From assembly GCA_022560555.1 (NCBI GenBank), contig JADFSZ010000001.1, positions 4,006 to 36,005 on the forward strand: 32,000 nucleotides of DNA. Reading direction: 5' to 3'. The position numbers and the translations under genes are program-made. A model generated the notes under the pieces. It was not told the DNA's origin and did not search any database. It saw only the letters and a list, made by a program, of their open reading frames with translations. Within the stretch, counting starts at the first letter, position 1, and every line of letters begins with the position of its first letter. The stretch comes from PVC group bacterium (lineage in GTDB: Bacteria > GCA-001730085 > JADFSZ01). This document shows positions 1 through 11,211 of this stretch, piece after piece.

Positions 1-213
1 TTATGATATGCGGGGGCCTTCATCGCTTGAACACCCTATTTTGGGTTGCTTGCGACATTATAAAATTTGATTTCATCTATGTCAATTATTATCACGTTTG
101 GCCAATTTTTGTCAATATACACAAGATTAAACACTCAAACATATCGATTTACACAAAAAATAGGTCGATTTCATCTCTCGCCTGTTTTAATATTTCATGA
201 AATTGGAATTTTC

Positions 214-242
214 TTGCTAAATGCGAATTTTTCGAGTATATT
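214..242 (+). promoter_or_regulatory. Putative sigma70-type promoter for the DUF423 operon (TTGCTA - 17 nt - TATATT)
   Basis: ttgcta at 214-219, a 17-nt spacer and tatatt at 237-242. It sits about 30 nt upstream of the ATG at 275 in an AT-rich non-coding stretch. Pattern match only. Confidence 0.35.
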
Positions 243-274
243 CTTGAAAAAATGAACAAAAATGATTACAGACA

Positions 275-667
275 ATGTATCTTTCTAAAATTATGCAAAT
301 TTTCGGCGCTTTCGGAGCCTTTGGAGCTGGCTTAGGTGTAGTCCTGGGAGCTTTTGCCGCGCATGGGCTCAAGGCAAAAATTTCACCTGAACAGCTCGCT
401 ATTTTTGACACCGGTGTCCGCTATCAAATGATTCATTCTTTAGCCCTTATCCTTGTGGTATGTCTTCAGGGGCGTCTAGACGAATTCTGGCTCAAGGGAG
501 CGGGATTTGGTTTCATCCTGGGAATCCTCATCTTTTCGGGAAGCCTCTACCTTCTCGTATTCACGCATACAAAAACATGGGGGGCTGTCACACCCATTGG
601 CGGTATCTTTTTTATTTTAGCCTGGGCCGCGCTTTTTATGGGTTTTGTAAGGACCTCATCGCTATGA
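275..667 (+). CDS. DUF423 (YgdD/TMEM256-like) small inner-membrane protein
   Basis: 130-aa ORF with four hydrophobic helices and Gly-rich segments (FGAFGAFGAGLGVVLGAFAAHGL, GAVTPIGGIFFILAWAAL) typical of DUF423. Its stop overlaps the next start in an ATGA. Confidence 0.75.
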   Translation: MYLSKIMQIFGAFGAFGAGLGVVLGAFAAHGLKAKISPEQLAIFDTGVRYQMIHSLALILVVCLQGRLDEFWLKGAGFGFILGILIFSGSLYLLVFTHTKTWGAVTPIGGIFFILAWAALFMGFVRTSSL

Positions 668-1266
668 ACAAACCCCAAGAATCTGTTTGTTTTCAAAAAG
701 CAATAGCCCTCATTGATGAGGAAAATCAGCTAGATCCCAGACAAGAAATTTTAGAGCAGGGGTCTTTTGGATTTGAGTATCTTTACTCTGATCATGTCAC
801 TCGTTGGATGTATCGGATCACAGATAATCCCGGAGAAAGTCTTTTACTCGCAGCACGAGCCATCCACATTCGCCGCTGGGAAAAACCTCGAAACACATTT
901 CCGATGGATCGAAAGGGTTATCGCCAGTGGCGCAGAACTTTAGCTCTATTTCATGCGGACATAACAAAAGACATCCTCCGGCAAACCGGATACGGTGAAC
1001 AAACAATCACAGAGGTCACGGATCTCATCACAAAGAAACACTTCCCCAAACATCCGGACAGCCAAATACTAGAAGATGCTCTAACCCTCGTATTTTTGGA
1101 GACCCAGCTTTCGGACTTTATTCAAAAGACCGATCATGATAAAGTCATTGGTGTCATACAGAAAACGTGGAAAAAAATGTCCGATCAGGCCCACACGCTT
1201 GCCATGGACATTGCCTATGATCCAAACACAAAAACGATCCTGACAGAAGCGCTCAACAAGGAATAG
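664..1266 (+). CDS. DUF4202 domain protein
   Basis: I use the internal ATG at 664 (MNKPQES...) of track ORF 460-1266, because the upstream part overlaps the DUF423 gene out of frame. [28 protein letters not shown] ... [10 protein letters not shown] ... KTWKKMS matches my recollection of DUF4202 conserved blocks. Confidence 0.7.
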   Translation: MNKPQESVCFQKAIALIDEENQLDPRQEILEQGSFGFEYLYSDHVTRWMYRITDNPGESLLLAARAIHIRRWEKPRNTFPMDRKGYRQWRRTLALFHADITKDILRQTGYGEQTITEVTDLITKKHFPKHPDSQILEDALTLVFLETQLSDFIQKTDHDKVIGVIQKTWKKMSDQAHTLAMDIAYDPNTKTILTEALNKE

Positions 1267-1274
1267 TCAAGAAA

Positions 1275-2267
1275 ATGGAAAATGGACTTATACGTATTCG
1301 TGTTGCCGTTACGGGAGCCGCGGGGCACATCGGGTATGCGCTTCTTTTTCGTATCGCGTCCGGCGCCATGTTCGGTCCTAAAACCGAGATTGATTTAAAC
1401 CTACTGGAATTGCCGAATGTTCTATCGGCTTTAGAGGGCGTTCAAATGGAGCTGGATGACTGCGCTCTGCCCCTGCTTCGTTCCGTGACAGTCACGGCTG
1501 ATGAAAATATTGCTTTTAAGGATTGCGATTGGGCCTTACTCATCGGATCTGTTCCCAGAAAAGCCGGTATGGAAAGAAAAGATCTTCTCTCTATCAACGG
1601 AAAAATTTTTATCGGCCAAGGCAAGGCTCTGGATCGATTTGCCAAGCCGACATGCAAAGTACTCGTTGTCGGAAATCCTTGTAACACTAACGCCTGGATC
1701 CTAAAAAGCGTTATGAAAACAATTCCCGCAACCAATGTTTTTGCGATGACGATGCTGGATCAAAACCGGGCTAAATTTCAATTGGCTCTCAAAGCCGGCG
1801 TTCATCCCCATGATGTCACGCACATGGCCATTTGGGGCAATCATTCGAGCACACAGTTTCCGGATTTTTATCATGCTCGTATTTCCTTAAACCCCGTAAC
1901 GGACGTGATTGGAGATCTAACATGGCTCCAAAATGATTTTATTAAGACCGTACAGCAGCGCGGGACGGCCATTATAAAAGCGCGAGGAACCTCTTCAGCC
2001 GCATCCGCGGCCAATGCTGTTGTTGATACCGTCAAAAATCTGATCACCCCCACACCGGAAGGGCACTTTTTTTCTGTAGCCGTTTCTTCCGACGGCAGTT
2101 ACTCTACACCTGTTGGCCTGATGGTTGGTTTTCCTGTACGTATGTCGGGATCTAACTGGGAAATCGTTCAAAATATCGAGCATAATGAATTTGCAAAGAA
2201 AAAGATCAGTTTGACCATTACGGAGCTTGAAGAAGAAAGAGATGCCGTTAAGGATCTCATTAGCTAA
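1275..2267 (+). CDS. mdh: Malate dehydrogenase (NAD-dependent, type-2/cytosolic-like family)
   Basis: 330 aa. N-terminal Rossmann motif [26 protein letters not shown]. Also [21 protein letters not shown] and a C-terminal substrate-binding region, all typical of type-2 MDH. Confidence 0.93.
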   Translation: MENGLIRIRVAVTGAAGHIGYALLFRIASGAMFGPKTEIDLNLLELPNVLSALEGVQMELDDCALPLLRSVTVTADENIAFKDCDWALLIGSVPRKAGMERKDLLSINGKIFIGQGKALDRFAKPTCKVLVVGNPCNTNAWILKSVMKTIPATNVFAMTMLDQNRAKFQLALKAGVHPHDVTHMAIWGNHSSTQFPDFYHARISLNPVTDVIGDLTWLQNDFIKTVQQRGTAIIKARGTSSAASAANAVVDTVKNLITPTPEGHFFSVAVSSDGSYSTPVGLMVGFPVRMSGSNWEIVQNIEHNEFAKKKISLTITELEEERDAVKDLIS

Positions 2268-2374
2268 ATCTTAATTGTTATTTGAATGTTGGATTTTTCA
2301 TATGCGTTTTATTATCAGTTTTTTTGGTTTTACCATTTGTCACTTGTCATTCGGATTTTGTCATTTTTAATATC

Positions 2375-3049
2375 ATGCCTTTATATCAGCTCAATAAATC
2401 CGTATACCTCCTCTCCCCCCATACAGAGGAATTTATCCAGGGGCTTTCTTCAAACACGATCCACACCCCTCACAATGCTTTTCTTGATATTCACGGAAAA
2501 ATCGTTGTGACCTTTGGGCAAATTCTAAGGGACGCCGATCATCTACTGTTTGCGATCGAGAAATCCTTTGAAGAGAAACTTCAAAATCATTTAAAACCTT
2601 TTCTTGATTTGTCAGATACAGAACTCACGGCAGAGCCTTGGTTCACTTATTTTGATCTTGAAGGAAAATCCCCTTTAGAAGACGGAGATTTAAGCATCCC
2701 CGAGAAAGAAGGACGCATGATACTGTCCAAAAACAAAAAAGATGCGGGAATATCTCAAGATGAGTTCACGCTTTGGCGCGTTAAAAACAACATCCCCATG
2801 CAAGGGATAGATTACCACCATGAGATGCTTCTCAATGTGGATGATGTTACTTATGTATCATTCACGAAGGGATGTTTTCTAGGCCAAGAAATCATCTCCC
2901 GCGTTCACAACAAATCCCGTCCACCGAGTAAGCTCGTCGTGAAATACCTAGAAGAATGCACACCCGAAGAGGCTGTAAAGTTAACATCCCGCGTCAAAGA
3001 CCCTGATACAAGTAAAGAGATGGGGTTTGTGTTTGTGAAAAATAAATAA
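2375..3049 (+). CDS. YgfZ/GcvT-like folate-binding protein (Fe-S cluster maintenance family)
   Basis: Signature SFTKGCFLGQEIISRVHNKSRPPSKL (KGCY/FxGQE motif) plus N-terminal EEFIQGLSSNTI (FLQGxxTxD-like). Start set to the ATG at 2375. The track start at 2282 is a TTG that adds a hydrophobic, low-complexity extension. Confidence 0.65.
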   Translation: MPLYQLNKSVYLLSPHTEEFIQGLSSNTIHTPHNAFLDIHGKIVVTFGQILRDADHLLFAIEKSFEEKLQNHLKPFLDLSDTELTAEPWFTYFDLEGKSPLEDGDLSIPEKEGRMILSKNKKDAGISQDEFTLWRVKNNIPMQGIDYHHEMLLNVDDVTYVSFTKGCFLGQEIISRVHNKSRPPSKLVVKYLEECTPEEAVKLTSRVKDPDTSKEMGFVFVKNK

Positions 3050-3056
3050 CCCGGAT

Positions 3057-3668
3057 CTACCGAAGGAATGGATTAGTCTTTTTCTGATGTGCCAATGTGT
3101 CGTACGGCAAGGAATGGTAGTTATGACCCGGATAAATTATCGTTTCGTCGGGTAAGGGAAAGATTTTACTCCGAATGGATTTCAAAAGTGTATCCTGATC
3201 TCCCCCGGGTAAATCCACACGGCCGCAGGAATCAATGAACAAGGTGTCACCGGCTAAAAGATGTCCGGGTGTGTAAAAACAGATACCGCCCGGTGTATGT
3301 CCCGGTGTATGAAGACATGTCACTGAAATAGCCCCAATAGTAATCGTGTCTTGGTCTCGCAGGTTTTTAAGTTCCTTAATGTTGGGTCGGTAATACGGGG
3401 CCTCTTCTTGAGAAAGATAAACCGGAACAGGAAAGTATTCTAAAATCTGCTCCAACGCATCGATATGATCCGGATGTCCATGTGTGAGTAAAATCTTTGT
3501 AATATTGAGTCCCAAACGTTCGGCTTCAAGCCGAATCGCGGGGGCCTCCCAACCCGCATCGACCAAAGCCGCTTCTTTAGAGGAATCATCTCCAAGAAAA
3601 TAGAGAAAATTCTGCATGGGACCCAGTTCCATTTGGTGAATCAACACCCCGTTTGTTTTTTCTGTCAC
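3057..3668 (-). CDS. MBL-fold metallo-hydrolase (glyoxalase II-like)
   Basis: 203 aa with HxHxDH motif (LLTHGHPDHIDAL), later HTPGHTPG and C-terminal PGHNY metal ligands. Convergent with the ygfZ-like gene, with 7 nt between stops. Confidence 0.85.
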   Translation of the reverse strand: MTEKTNGVLIHQMELGPMQNFLYFLGDDSSKEAALVDAGWEAPAIRLEAERLGLNITKILLTHGHPDHIDALEQILEYFPVPVYLSQEEAPYYRPNIKELKNLRDQDTITIGAISVTCLHTPGHTPGGICFYTPGHLLAGDTLFIDSCGRVDLPGGDQDTLLKSIRSKIFPLPDETIIYPGHNYHSLPYDTLAHQKKTNPFLR

Positions 3669-3731
3669 GATCTCCCTTTTAATGTATGATTCAGTATCAT
3701 TATAAATTAAAATCGGAGTAAATCAATCGGC

Positions 3732-3759
3732 TTGACAGGCCCATTCTCCAATCTATAAT
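3732..3759 (+). promoter_or_regulatory. Near-consensus sigma70 promoter (TTGACA - 16 nt - TATAAT) for the redoxin-FIST pair
   Basis: ttgaca at 3732-3737 and tataat at 3754-3759, in the intergenic region upstream of the CDS at 3796. Confidence 0.55.
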
Positions 3760-3795
3760 GACCCTTTAACCCATGATTTGCATTGGACGGATTTG

Positions 3796-4347
3796 ATGTC
3801 TCTCTTAGAATCACTCCAGATTCCCTTAGGAACGCATATTACCCCATTTATCCTCAAAGATCCGGAGGGAACGGTACATACAAGTGATCGGCTCTTTGGA
3901 AGCAAAGGGCTTCTTGTCGCGTTTACCTGTAATCATTGCCCTTATGCTGTTGCCGTATGGCCCCGATTTATCAGGCTGTCCCACGGGGCCAAAGAACTTT
4001 GTATCAACACAGTCGCGATCAATCCTAATATTCATCCAAATTACCCCGAGGACGCTCCCGAAAAAATGACGCAAAAAATTAAAGAATGGCGGATCCCTTT
4101 TCCTTATTTAGTCGATGAATCCCAAGAAGTGGCACGAACCTTTAAGGCCCAATGCACGCCGGATATCTATCTTTTTAATTCACACAAAAAACTTGTATAT
4201 CACGGCCGTATCGATGACAGCTGGAAAGATGAATCCCTGGTCAAGCAAGAAGAATTAAAAACCGCTATCACCCAATTAGCGAACGAAGAGAAAATTTCCT
4301 CCAAACAATTCCCTTCTATGGGCTGCTCGATCAAATGGAGGAATTAA
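3796..4347 (+). CDS. Thioredoxin-fold redoxin (AhpC/TSA-like thiol-disulfide oxidoreductase)
   Basis: CxxC active site in LLVAFTCNHCPYAV, with conserved downstream FPYLVDESQEVARTFKAQCTPDIYLF. I prefer the ATG at 3796 over the TTG at 3778, so the start is uncertain by 18 nt. Confidence 0.75.
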   Translation: MSLLESLQIPLGTHITPFILKDPEGTVHTSDRLFGSKGLLVAFTCNHCPYAVAVWPRFIRLSHGAKELCINTVAINPNIHPNYPEDAPEKMTQKIKEWRIPFPYLVDESQEVARTFKAQCTPDIYLFNSHKKLVYHGRIDDSWKDESLVKQEELKTAITQLANEEKISSKQFPSMGCSIKWRN

Positions 4348-4350
4348 AAC

Positions 4351-5538
4351 ATGGAATTTGTAAGTCGAACTTCGACAAACACGGATACCACGAAAGCCGT
4401 TGAGGAACTAACTCATGATCTCGATGGCACTTATCAATTCGGGATCCTTTTTATTTCCGGTGATTATCGAGATCATTTATCTGAACTTCTTTCAAAACTT
4501 CTCGCCTCCATTTCTGTGCAAACATTAATGGGATGCACTTGCTTGAGTGTCATCGGTTCACATGAAGAGCTCGAAGATCATCCGGGCATGGTTCTTTTTT
4601 TAGCAAAACTCCCGGGGGCTAAAATCGTTCCGTTCTCAATCAGTCAAAATCAAATGGGTCAATTTGAATCAATGAGCGAATGGCACAGTTTTTTTGATGT
4701 TTACCCGAATGAAAATCCCACTTTTTTTCTCTTGTCTGATCCTTTCATGTTTGACACACAAATGTTTATCGATGGCATCAACATGTCCTATCCGGGTCAA
4801 ACCCTTGTCGGCGGCATTGCGTCCGGAGCGACACATCCCGGAGAGAACATGCTCTTTATTAACCAAGAGTTTTTTGATTCGGGAGCCGTAGGCCTCATCC
4901 TCACGGGAGAAGTGACGGTCAAAACAGTTGTTTCTCAAGGCTGTCGTCCTATTGGGAACACATATACCGTGACCAAGGCCGAGAGAAATATGATTTTCAG
5001 CATTGCTAATCATCCTGTTTTGGAAATTTTGCAGGACATTCTGGACAAATGCACTCCAACTGAAAAAGAACTTGCCACACAAGCGCTCTTTGTCGGGATT
5101 GTGATGGATGAATACCTTCACACGTTCAAACGAGGTGATTTTCTCATTCGCGGAGTTATCGGCGCGGATGAACAAGCAGGTGCCATCGCGATCGCAGATA
5201 CCATTCAAACGGGACAGACCATTCAATTTCATGTCCGTGACGGCAAGACGGCCAAGGAAGATCTTGTCTCCTTACTCACATCATTGAAAACATCCCAAAA
5301 AAAAGATTTACCACAAGCCGCTTTGGTTTTTAATTGTAATGGGCGTGGTCAACATATGTATCAAGAACGCCATCATGACATCCAAGCGATCCAAAATCAT
5401 GTTGGTCCCATACCCGTGGCGGGTTTCTTTTGCGCCGGTGAAATCGGCCCTGTCGGAAAACGAAACTATCTTCATGGGTTTACAAACAGCATGGCCTTAT
5501 TTTATCCGGCAGGGGATTCAGAACTGAAAAAATCATAA
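4351..5538 (+). CDS. FIST-domain sensor protein (FIST_N + FIST_C, no output domain)
   Basis: 395 aa. C-terminal blocks ALVFNCNGRGQHMY and PVAGFFCAGEIGPVG are typical of FIST_C. GGAGGA Shine-Dalgarno sits 8 nt upstream of the start, which lies 3 nt after the redoxin stop, so the two are probably co-transcribed. Confidence 0.8.
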   Translation: MEFVSRTSTNTDTTKAVEELTHDLDGTYQFGILFISGDYRDHLSELLSKLLASISVQTLMGCTCLSVIGSHEELEDHPGMVLFLAKLPGAKIVPFSISQNQMGQFESMSEWHSFFDVYPNENPTFFLLSDPFMFDTQMFIDGINMSYPGQTLVGGIASGATHPGENMLFINQEFFDSGAVGLILTGEVTVKTVVSQGCRPIGNTYTVTKAERNMIFSIANHPVLEILQDILDKCTPTEKELATQALFVGIVMDEYLHTFKRGDFLIRGVIGADEQAGAIAIADTIQTGQTIQFHVRDGKTAKEDLVSLLTSLKTSQKKDLPQAALVFNCNGRGQHMYQERHHDIQAIQNHVGPIPVAGFFCAGEIGPVGKRNYLHGFTNSMALFYPAGDSELKKS

Positions 5539-5583
5539 AGCTAATCTTATCTATGCATTACAAAATTATCACTGTTCGTTTTC

Positions 5584-5612
5584 CTTGACGATTAAGCTAA
5601 AATGTGCTATAT
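5584..5612 (+). promoter_or_regulatory. Putative sigma70 promoter with extended -10 (TTGACG - 17 nt - TGcTATATT)
   Basis: ttgacg at 5584-5589, tg at 5604-5605 and tatatt at 5607-5612, about 40 nt upstream of the IscA-type gene. Confidence 0.5.
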
Positions 5613-5650
5613 TGCCTTTATAATAGGTAGTTTGTGAAGAAACTAAAGCC

Positions 5651-6013
5651 ATGACTGATAAATTGAAAACCGAATCAAAGCCCACAGAGTATCCCATCAG
5701 CCTCACGGATGGGGCCATCACAAAAGCGCTTCTGTCTATGAAAGCTGAAGGCAAGACCGGTTGGGGCCTAAAAATCTCAGTTAAAATCGGAGGATGTGCA
5801 GGATACACCTATCTTTTATCATTTGTGGAGCATCCTCTGGACACGGATGAAATTCTTCAAATGCGGGAGCTGAAAGTCTTTGTCGACAAAAACGCGCTTC
5901 GTCTCATCAAGGGCATCACGATTGATTATCTTGACAGCCTCAACGAGAGCGGATTTAAGTTCATTAATCCAAATGCTAAAACCACTTGCGGCTGCGGCAC
6001 ATCTTTCAGCTAA
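5651..6013 (+). CDS. Iron-sulfur cluster insertion/A-type carrier protein (HesB/IscA/ErpA family)
   Basis: 120 aa with the C-terminal FINPNAKTTCGCGTSFS signature and the internal GGCAGY motif. Confidence 0.9.
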   Translation: MTDKLKTESKPTEYPISLTDGAITKALLSMKAEGKTGWGLKISVKIGGCAGYTYLLSFVEHPLDTDEILQMRELKVFVDKNALRLIKGITIDYLDSLNESGFKFINPNAKTTCGCGTSFS

Positions 6014-6118
6014 TCCTCTCCTGGCCCACACCATTAAATCTCGTTAATGTTTGCTTTTGTTTCCTTCCTATAATATAATTTCCAACAGCTTAAACCTTAA
6101 TGGTCGCTTCTCCTCTAA

Positions 6119-7963
<1,845 letters not shown>

Positions 7964-8042
7964 AAAAAGTTTCTAGCTTCTGGTTTTTTGTAGTTGTTTG
8001 TGTGTTGTCACACTATTTACTATTTTACAAATTACGGTAAAC

Positions 8043-9134
8043 ATGGATCGTTCCTTTTATACCCAACTGGCCTCTAACAGCATCCAAGAGATCTCTCCCG
8101 ATACGGACATCTCTCTTAGAATCCTTCGTGATCCGTCCCTAGAACTCTTACCCCTTCTTGACGCGGCTTTTGAAGTCCGTAAAAAATTTACAGGTAAAGA
8201 AGTTGCCATTCACATCATCAACAATGCGCAAAACGGCTTTTGTCCCGAAGATTGTCATTACTGCGCTCAGGCAAAAACATCCCGGGCAGATATTGATGAG
8301 TATCCCACAAAGTCGGATGATGAGATTCTCGAAGAAGCTCGGATCGCGTATGAGTCCGGGGCGTTTCGATATTGCCTTGTTTATGCCGGACGAGGCCCCA
8401 GTCATAAAAGGGCATTGCATATCGCCGGCTTGATTCGATCAATCAAAGAGAAGTATCCCCTCCAGGTCTGTGTATCCGCAGGTCTCATGGACAAATACAA
8501 TATTAAAGTTCTCAAAGAGGCCGGCCTAGACCGACTTAATCATAATTTAAATTCTTCGGAAAGTTTTTACCCTAAAATTTGCTCCACACACACGTATCAG
8601 GACCGTCTCAACACTTTGAAAGCCGCCCGTGACGCTCAATTGGAAATTTGTTCCGGCATGATCGCCGGAATGGGAGAAACACCCAAAGATATTGTCGAAG
8701 TGGCCCAAACGCTTCTTGAGCTGAAAGCTCCTTCGATCCCAATCAATTTTCTTATACCGATCGAAGGGAATGTTCTTGGGGCCCCTCAGGGTCTCACTCC
8801 CGAATATTGTTTACGCATATTGTGTCTGTTTCGGTTTATAAATCCCAAATCCGAAATCCGGGCGGCCGCGGGTCGCGAAGGGCATTTGCGTTCGATGGAA
8901 GTCATGGCGCTTTACCCGGCCAACTCGATTTTTATGGAAGGATATCTGAATACATTGGGGCTTGATCGATCGCGTGTCCTCCGGATGATACAAGATGCCG
9001 GATTCACGATTAAAGGCGCCCTTTCTCTCGATGATCTGATAGACAAAGAAAATCAAAACTCCGGCTTTCATATCGATGGAACTCAGTCGTTTATGAAATC
9101 ATTAAACGATCTTCGCCCCGTAAAACAACCCTGA
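8043..9134 (+). CDS. bioB: Biotin synthase BioB (radical SAM)
   Basis: CPEDCHYCAQ radical-SAM triad and LNHNLNSS (YNHNLDTS-like). The 2Fe-2S ligand positions are conserved (YCLVYAG, VCVSAG, ICSGMI, RAAAGRE). Start set to the ATG at 8043; the track start at 7998 is a TTG with an implausible hydrophobic extension. Confidence 0.88.
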   Translation: MDRSFYTQLASNSIQEISPDTDISLRILRDPSLELLPLLDAAFEVRKKFTGKEVAIHIINNAQNGFCPEDCHYCAQAKTSRADIDEYPTKSDDEILEEARIAYESGAFRYCLVYAGRGPSHKRALHIAGLIRSIKEKYPLQVCVSAGLMDKYNIKVLKEAGLDRLNHNLNSSESFYPKICSTHTYQDRLNTLKAARDAQLEICSGMIAGMGETPKDIVEVAQTLLELKAPSIPINFLIPIEGNVLGAPQGLTPEYCLRILCLFRFINPKSEIRAAAGREGHLRSMEVMALYPANSIFMEGYLNTLGLDRSRVLRMIQDAGFTIKGALSLDDLIDKENQNSGFHIDGTQSFMKSLNDLRPVKQP

Positions 9135-9153
9135 ATCTTCAAGAGCTCATTTC

Positions 9154-10092
9154 ATGATAAATTCTATCCGGAAAGATGTGAAGAATCATGCTCTTTCTCA
9201 ATTAGGCTTTGATGATTGTCGTTTTACGAAAGTTGATAGCCCAAACAATATCACACGTTACAAAGAGTGGCTTTCGAAAAATTTTCATGGAGAAATGAGC
9301 TATCTAGAAAGACACACCGCATTTAAAGAAGATCTAAATCTCTTGCTTCCGGACGTTAAATCCGCAATCGTTCTCGCCAAAAACTACAAAAACACAAACA
9401 AAAAACATCTCAATCAAAAACACAAAATTGCCCGATACGCTGTGGGCCAAGATTACCACGAAGTGATTTCTAAAAAATTAAGCCATTTTGAGCGTTATTT
9501 AAATACTGTCTTACCCGAACATAATTTTTACGCCGGGGTGGACAGCCGCCCTATTCCGGAACGGGATCTGGCTTTAAAGGCCGGGATTGGATTTCGAGGA
9601 AAGAACAGCATGGTGATTAAGCCCGGCTTAGGCAGCTATTTCTTCCTCGCGGTTATTCTTTCGACCTATGAGTTTATGCCTGATCAACCCTCAACCGTTA
9701 ATTGCGGTCAATGCCGCTTGTGTCTGGATGCATGCCCAACGGGTGCGATTACGGATGATTATGAAGTGGACTCGAGAAAGTGTATCAGCTATTTAACGAT
9801 CGAAAAAAAGACTCCCTTGAATGACGGTGAGCTCCAAAGCCTCAACAACTGGATGTTTGGATGTGATATCTGCCAAGAAGTCTGTCCTTACAACCACAAA
9901 CAAGGCAATCTTACGAATTGGAAAGAGTTTGATTCATCCGGCGGTGTTGGTTTTTCTTTTTTTGATAAGCAAAACCCACAAACTGATTTAGCGCTAGAAA
10001 TCCCCAAACATTCCGCAATGTATCGATCCCGAAAAAACATCGGCACAATATGGAAAAACATCCATGCCTCGAGACCCGGCATCCGGGGCTAA
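9154..10092 (+). CDS. queG: tRNA epoxyqueuosine(34) reductase QueG
   Basis: 312 aa. N-terminal GFDDCRF, GEMSYLERH, two ferredoxin motifs (CGQCRLCLDACPTGAI and GCDICQEVCPYN) and CISYLTIE. Confidence 0.88.
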   Translation: MINSIRKDVKNHALSQLGFDDCRFTKVDSPNNITRYKEWLSKNFHGEMSYLERHTAFKEDLNLLLPDVKSAIVLAKNYKNTNKKHLNQKHKIARYAVGQDYHEVISKKLSHFERYLNTVLPEHNFYAGVDSRPIPERDLALKAGIGFRGKNSMVIKPGLGSYFFLAVILSTYEFMPDQPSTVNCGQCRLCLDACPTGAITDDYEVDSRKCISYLTIEKKTPLNDGELQSLNNWMFGCDICQEVCPYNHKQGNLTNWKEFDSSGGVGFSFFDKQNPQTDLALEIPKHSAMYRSRKNIGTIWKNIHASRPGIRG

Positions 10093-10122
10093 TCGGTCCC
10101 TTGTTGCTCACTAGAATACTAT

Positions 10123-10149
10123 TTGACACTTGTTCATAGGTTCTATAAA
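10123..10149 (+). promoter_or_regulatory. Putative sigma70 promoter for trxB (TTGACA - 15 nt - TATAAA)
   Basis: ttgaca at 10123-10128 and tataaa at 10144-10149. Spacing is shorter than optimal. Confidence 0.35.
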
Positions 10150-10242
10150 ATCCTTTGCTCATGGGGCCCAAACCCCGACGAAAGCAAGACGGCTCTTAAC
10201 CGTCTATGCTATGTACACTTACCTAAATCAAGGACAAAAAGA

Positions 10243-11211
10243 ATGAGTGAAAATGTGATCATTATCGGCTCAGGTCCTGCCGGACACGCAGCCGCCATTT
10301 ACACTGCCCGCGCCAAACTCAATCCCCTCATGTTTGAAGGATTCATGGCGGGCGGCGTCGCCGCGGGAGGACAACTAACAACCACGACAGATGTCGAAAA
10401 TTATCCTGGATTTGAGGCCATCAGCGGGCCTGAACTCATGGAAAAAATGCGCAAGCAATCTCTCCGTTGCGGCACGCGCATTGAGACACTTACGGTGGAT
10501 AGTGTAAATTTATCTCAACAGCCCTTTAGTGTCACTGTGGGTGATAAAACATATGAAACAAAAATAATCATTATCGCAACCGGAGCGACAGCCAAGCGTC
10601 TCCAGGCTCCCGGCGAAGATCTTTTTTGGCAAAAGGGAATTTCCGCATGCGCTGTATGTGACGGAGCTCTTCCGCTTTTTCGAGATAAACATCTTGTTGT
10701 CATTGGCGGTGGAGATACCGCCTGTGAAGAAGCCACATTTTTGACACACTTTGCGTCTAAAATCAGTATTCTAGTTCGCAGGGATAAAATGCGCGCGTCA
10801 AAAACGATGCAGGAGCGTGTGTTGACAAATAAAAAGATTGAAATGGTTTGGGATACTGTCCTTGTGGAAGCCATGGGTAACAAAATGCTGACACATCTTA
10901 AAATTAAAAATGTTAAAACAAATAAAGAAAGCACCCTTGAAGCCGGCGGATTATTTTATGCTATAGGGCACACGCCGAACACCGAATTTTTGTCGGGGCA
11001 ACTTGAACTCGATGAAACCGGATACGTCAAAACACGCCCCGGAGCCACCCTAACAAATATACCGGGTGTATTTGCCTGCGGCGATGTGCAAGACAAAACG
11101 TATCGCCAAGCCGTGACGGCGGCCGGTTCAGGATGCATGGCCGCTCTGGAGGCCGAACGCTATTTATCGGAAAAACCTCACTCAAATGACAAATCAAACT
11201 CTGGAATCTAA
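10243..11211 (+). CDS. trxB: Thioredoxin-disulfide reductase
   Basis: Start at the ATG at 10243 (MSENVIIIGSGPAGHAAAIY, FAD motif). Redox-active CAVCDG, NADPH motif VIGGGDTACEEATFL and C-terminal GVFACGDVQD. The 40-aa track extension from TTG 10123 lies over the promoter and leader. Confidence 0.95.
   Translation: MSENVIIIGSGPAGHAAAIYTARAKLNPLMFEGFMAGGVAAGGQLTTTTDVENYPGFEAISGPELMEKMRKQSLRCGTRIETLTVDSVNLSQQPFSVTVGDKTYETKIIIIATGATAKRLQAPGEDLFWQKGISACAVCDGALPLFRDKHLVVIGGGDTACEEATFLTHFASKISILVRRDKMRASKTMQERVLTNKKIEMVWDTVLVEAMGNKMLTHLKIKNVKTNKESTLEAGGLFYAIGHTPNTEFLSGQLELDETGYVKTRPGATLTNIPGVFACGDVQDKTYRQAVTAAGSGCMAALEAERYLSEKPHSNDKSNSGI

Noticed and set aside
1-23. Possible start of a leftward (- strand) gene, MKAPAYH..., running off the window
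   Set aside because: Only 7 codons are visible and the RBS is weak, so it cannot be supported as a feature.
460-663. N-terminal extensions proposed by the ORF track (460 for DUF4202, 2282 for ygfZ-like, 7998 for bioB, 10123 for trxB, 11875 for menF, 13227 for menD, 26107 for gspG)
   Set aside because: The extensions overlap upstream genes out of frame or cover promoter and leader sequence, several use TTG starts, and they encode atypical sequence. Internal ATGs reproduce the family-typical N-termini.
4669-5232. 187-aa antisense ORF inside the FIST gene. Similar antisense ORFs lie at 10515-10934 in trxB, 14442-14936 in menD and 30853-31290 across the MshEN/atpD junction.
   Set aside because: Each lies fully within or opposite a CDS that has strong family signatures. 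None has motifs or a plausible RBS, so I treated them as shadow ORFs.
7964-8042. Looked for an intrinsic terminator after thiC (aaaaaagtttctagcttctggtttttt)
   Set aside because: The flanking A and T runs are present, but the sequence between them does not form a convincing GC-containing stem.
10187-10205. Hairpin resembling a tRNA anticodon arm (stem plus 7-nt loop CTCTTAA, which would read as anticodon CTT)
   Set aside because: The flanks contain no acceptor stem, no D-arm and no GTTCRA T-loop, so it is not a tRNA or an obvious tRNA fragment.
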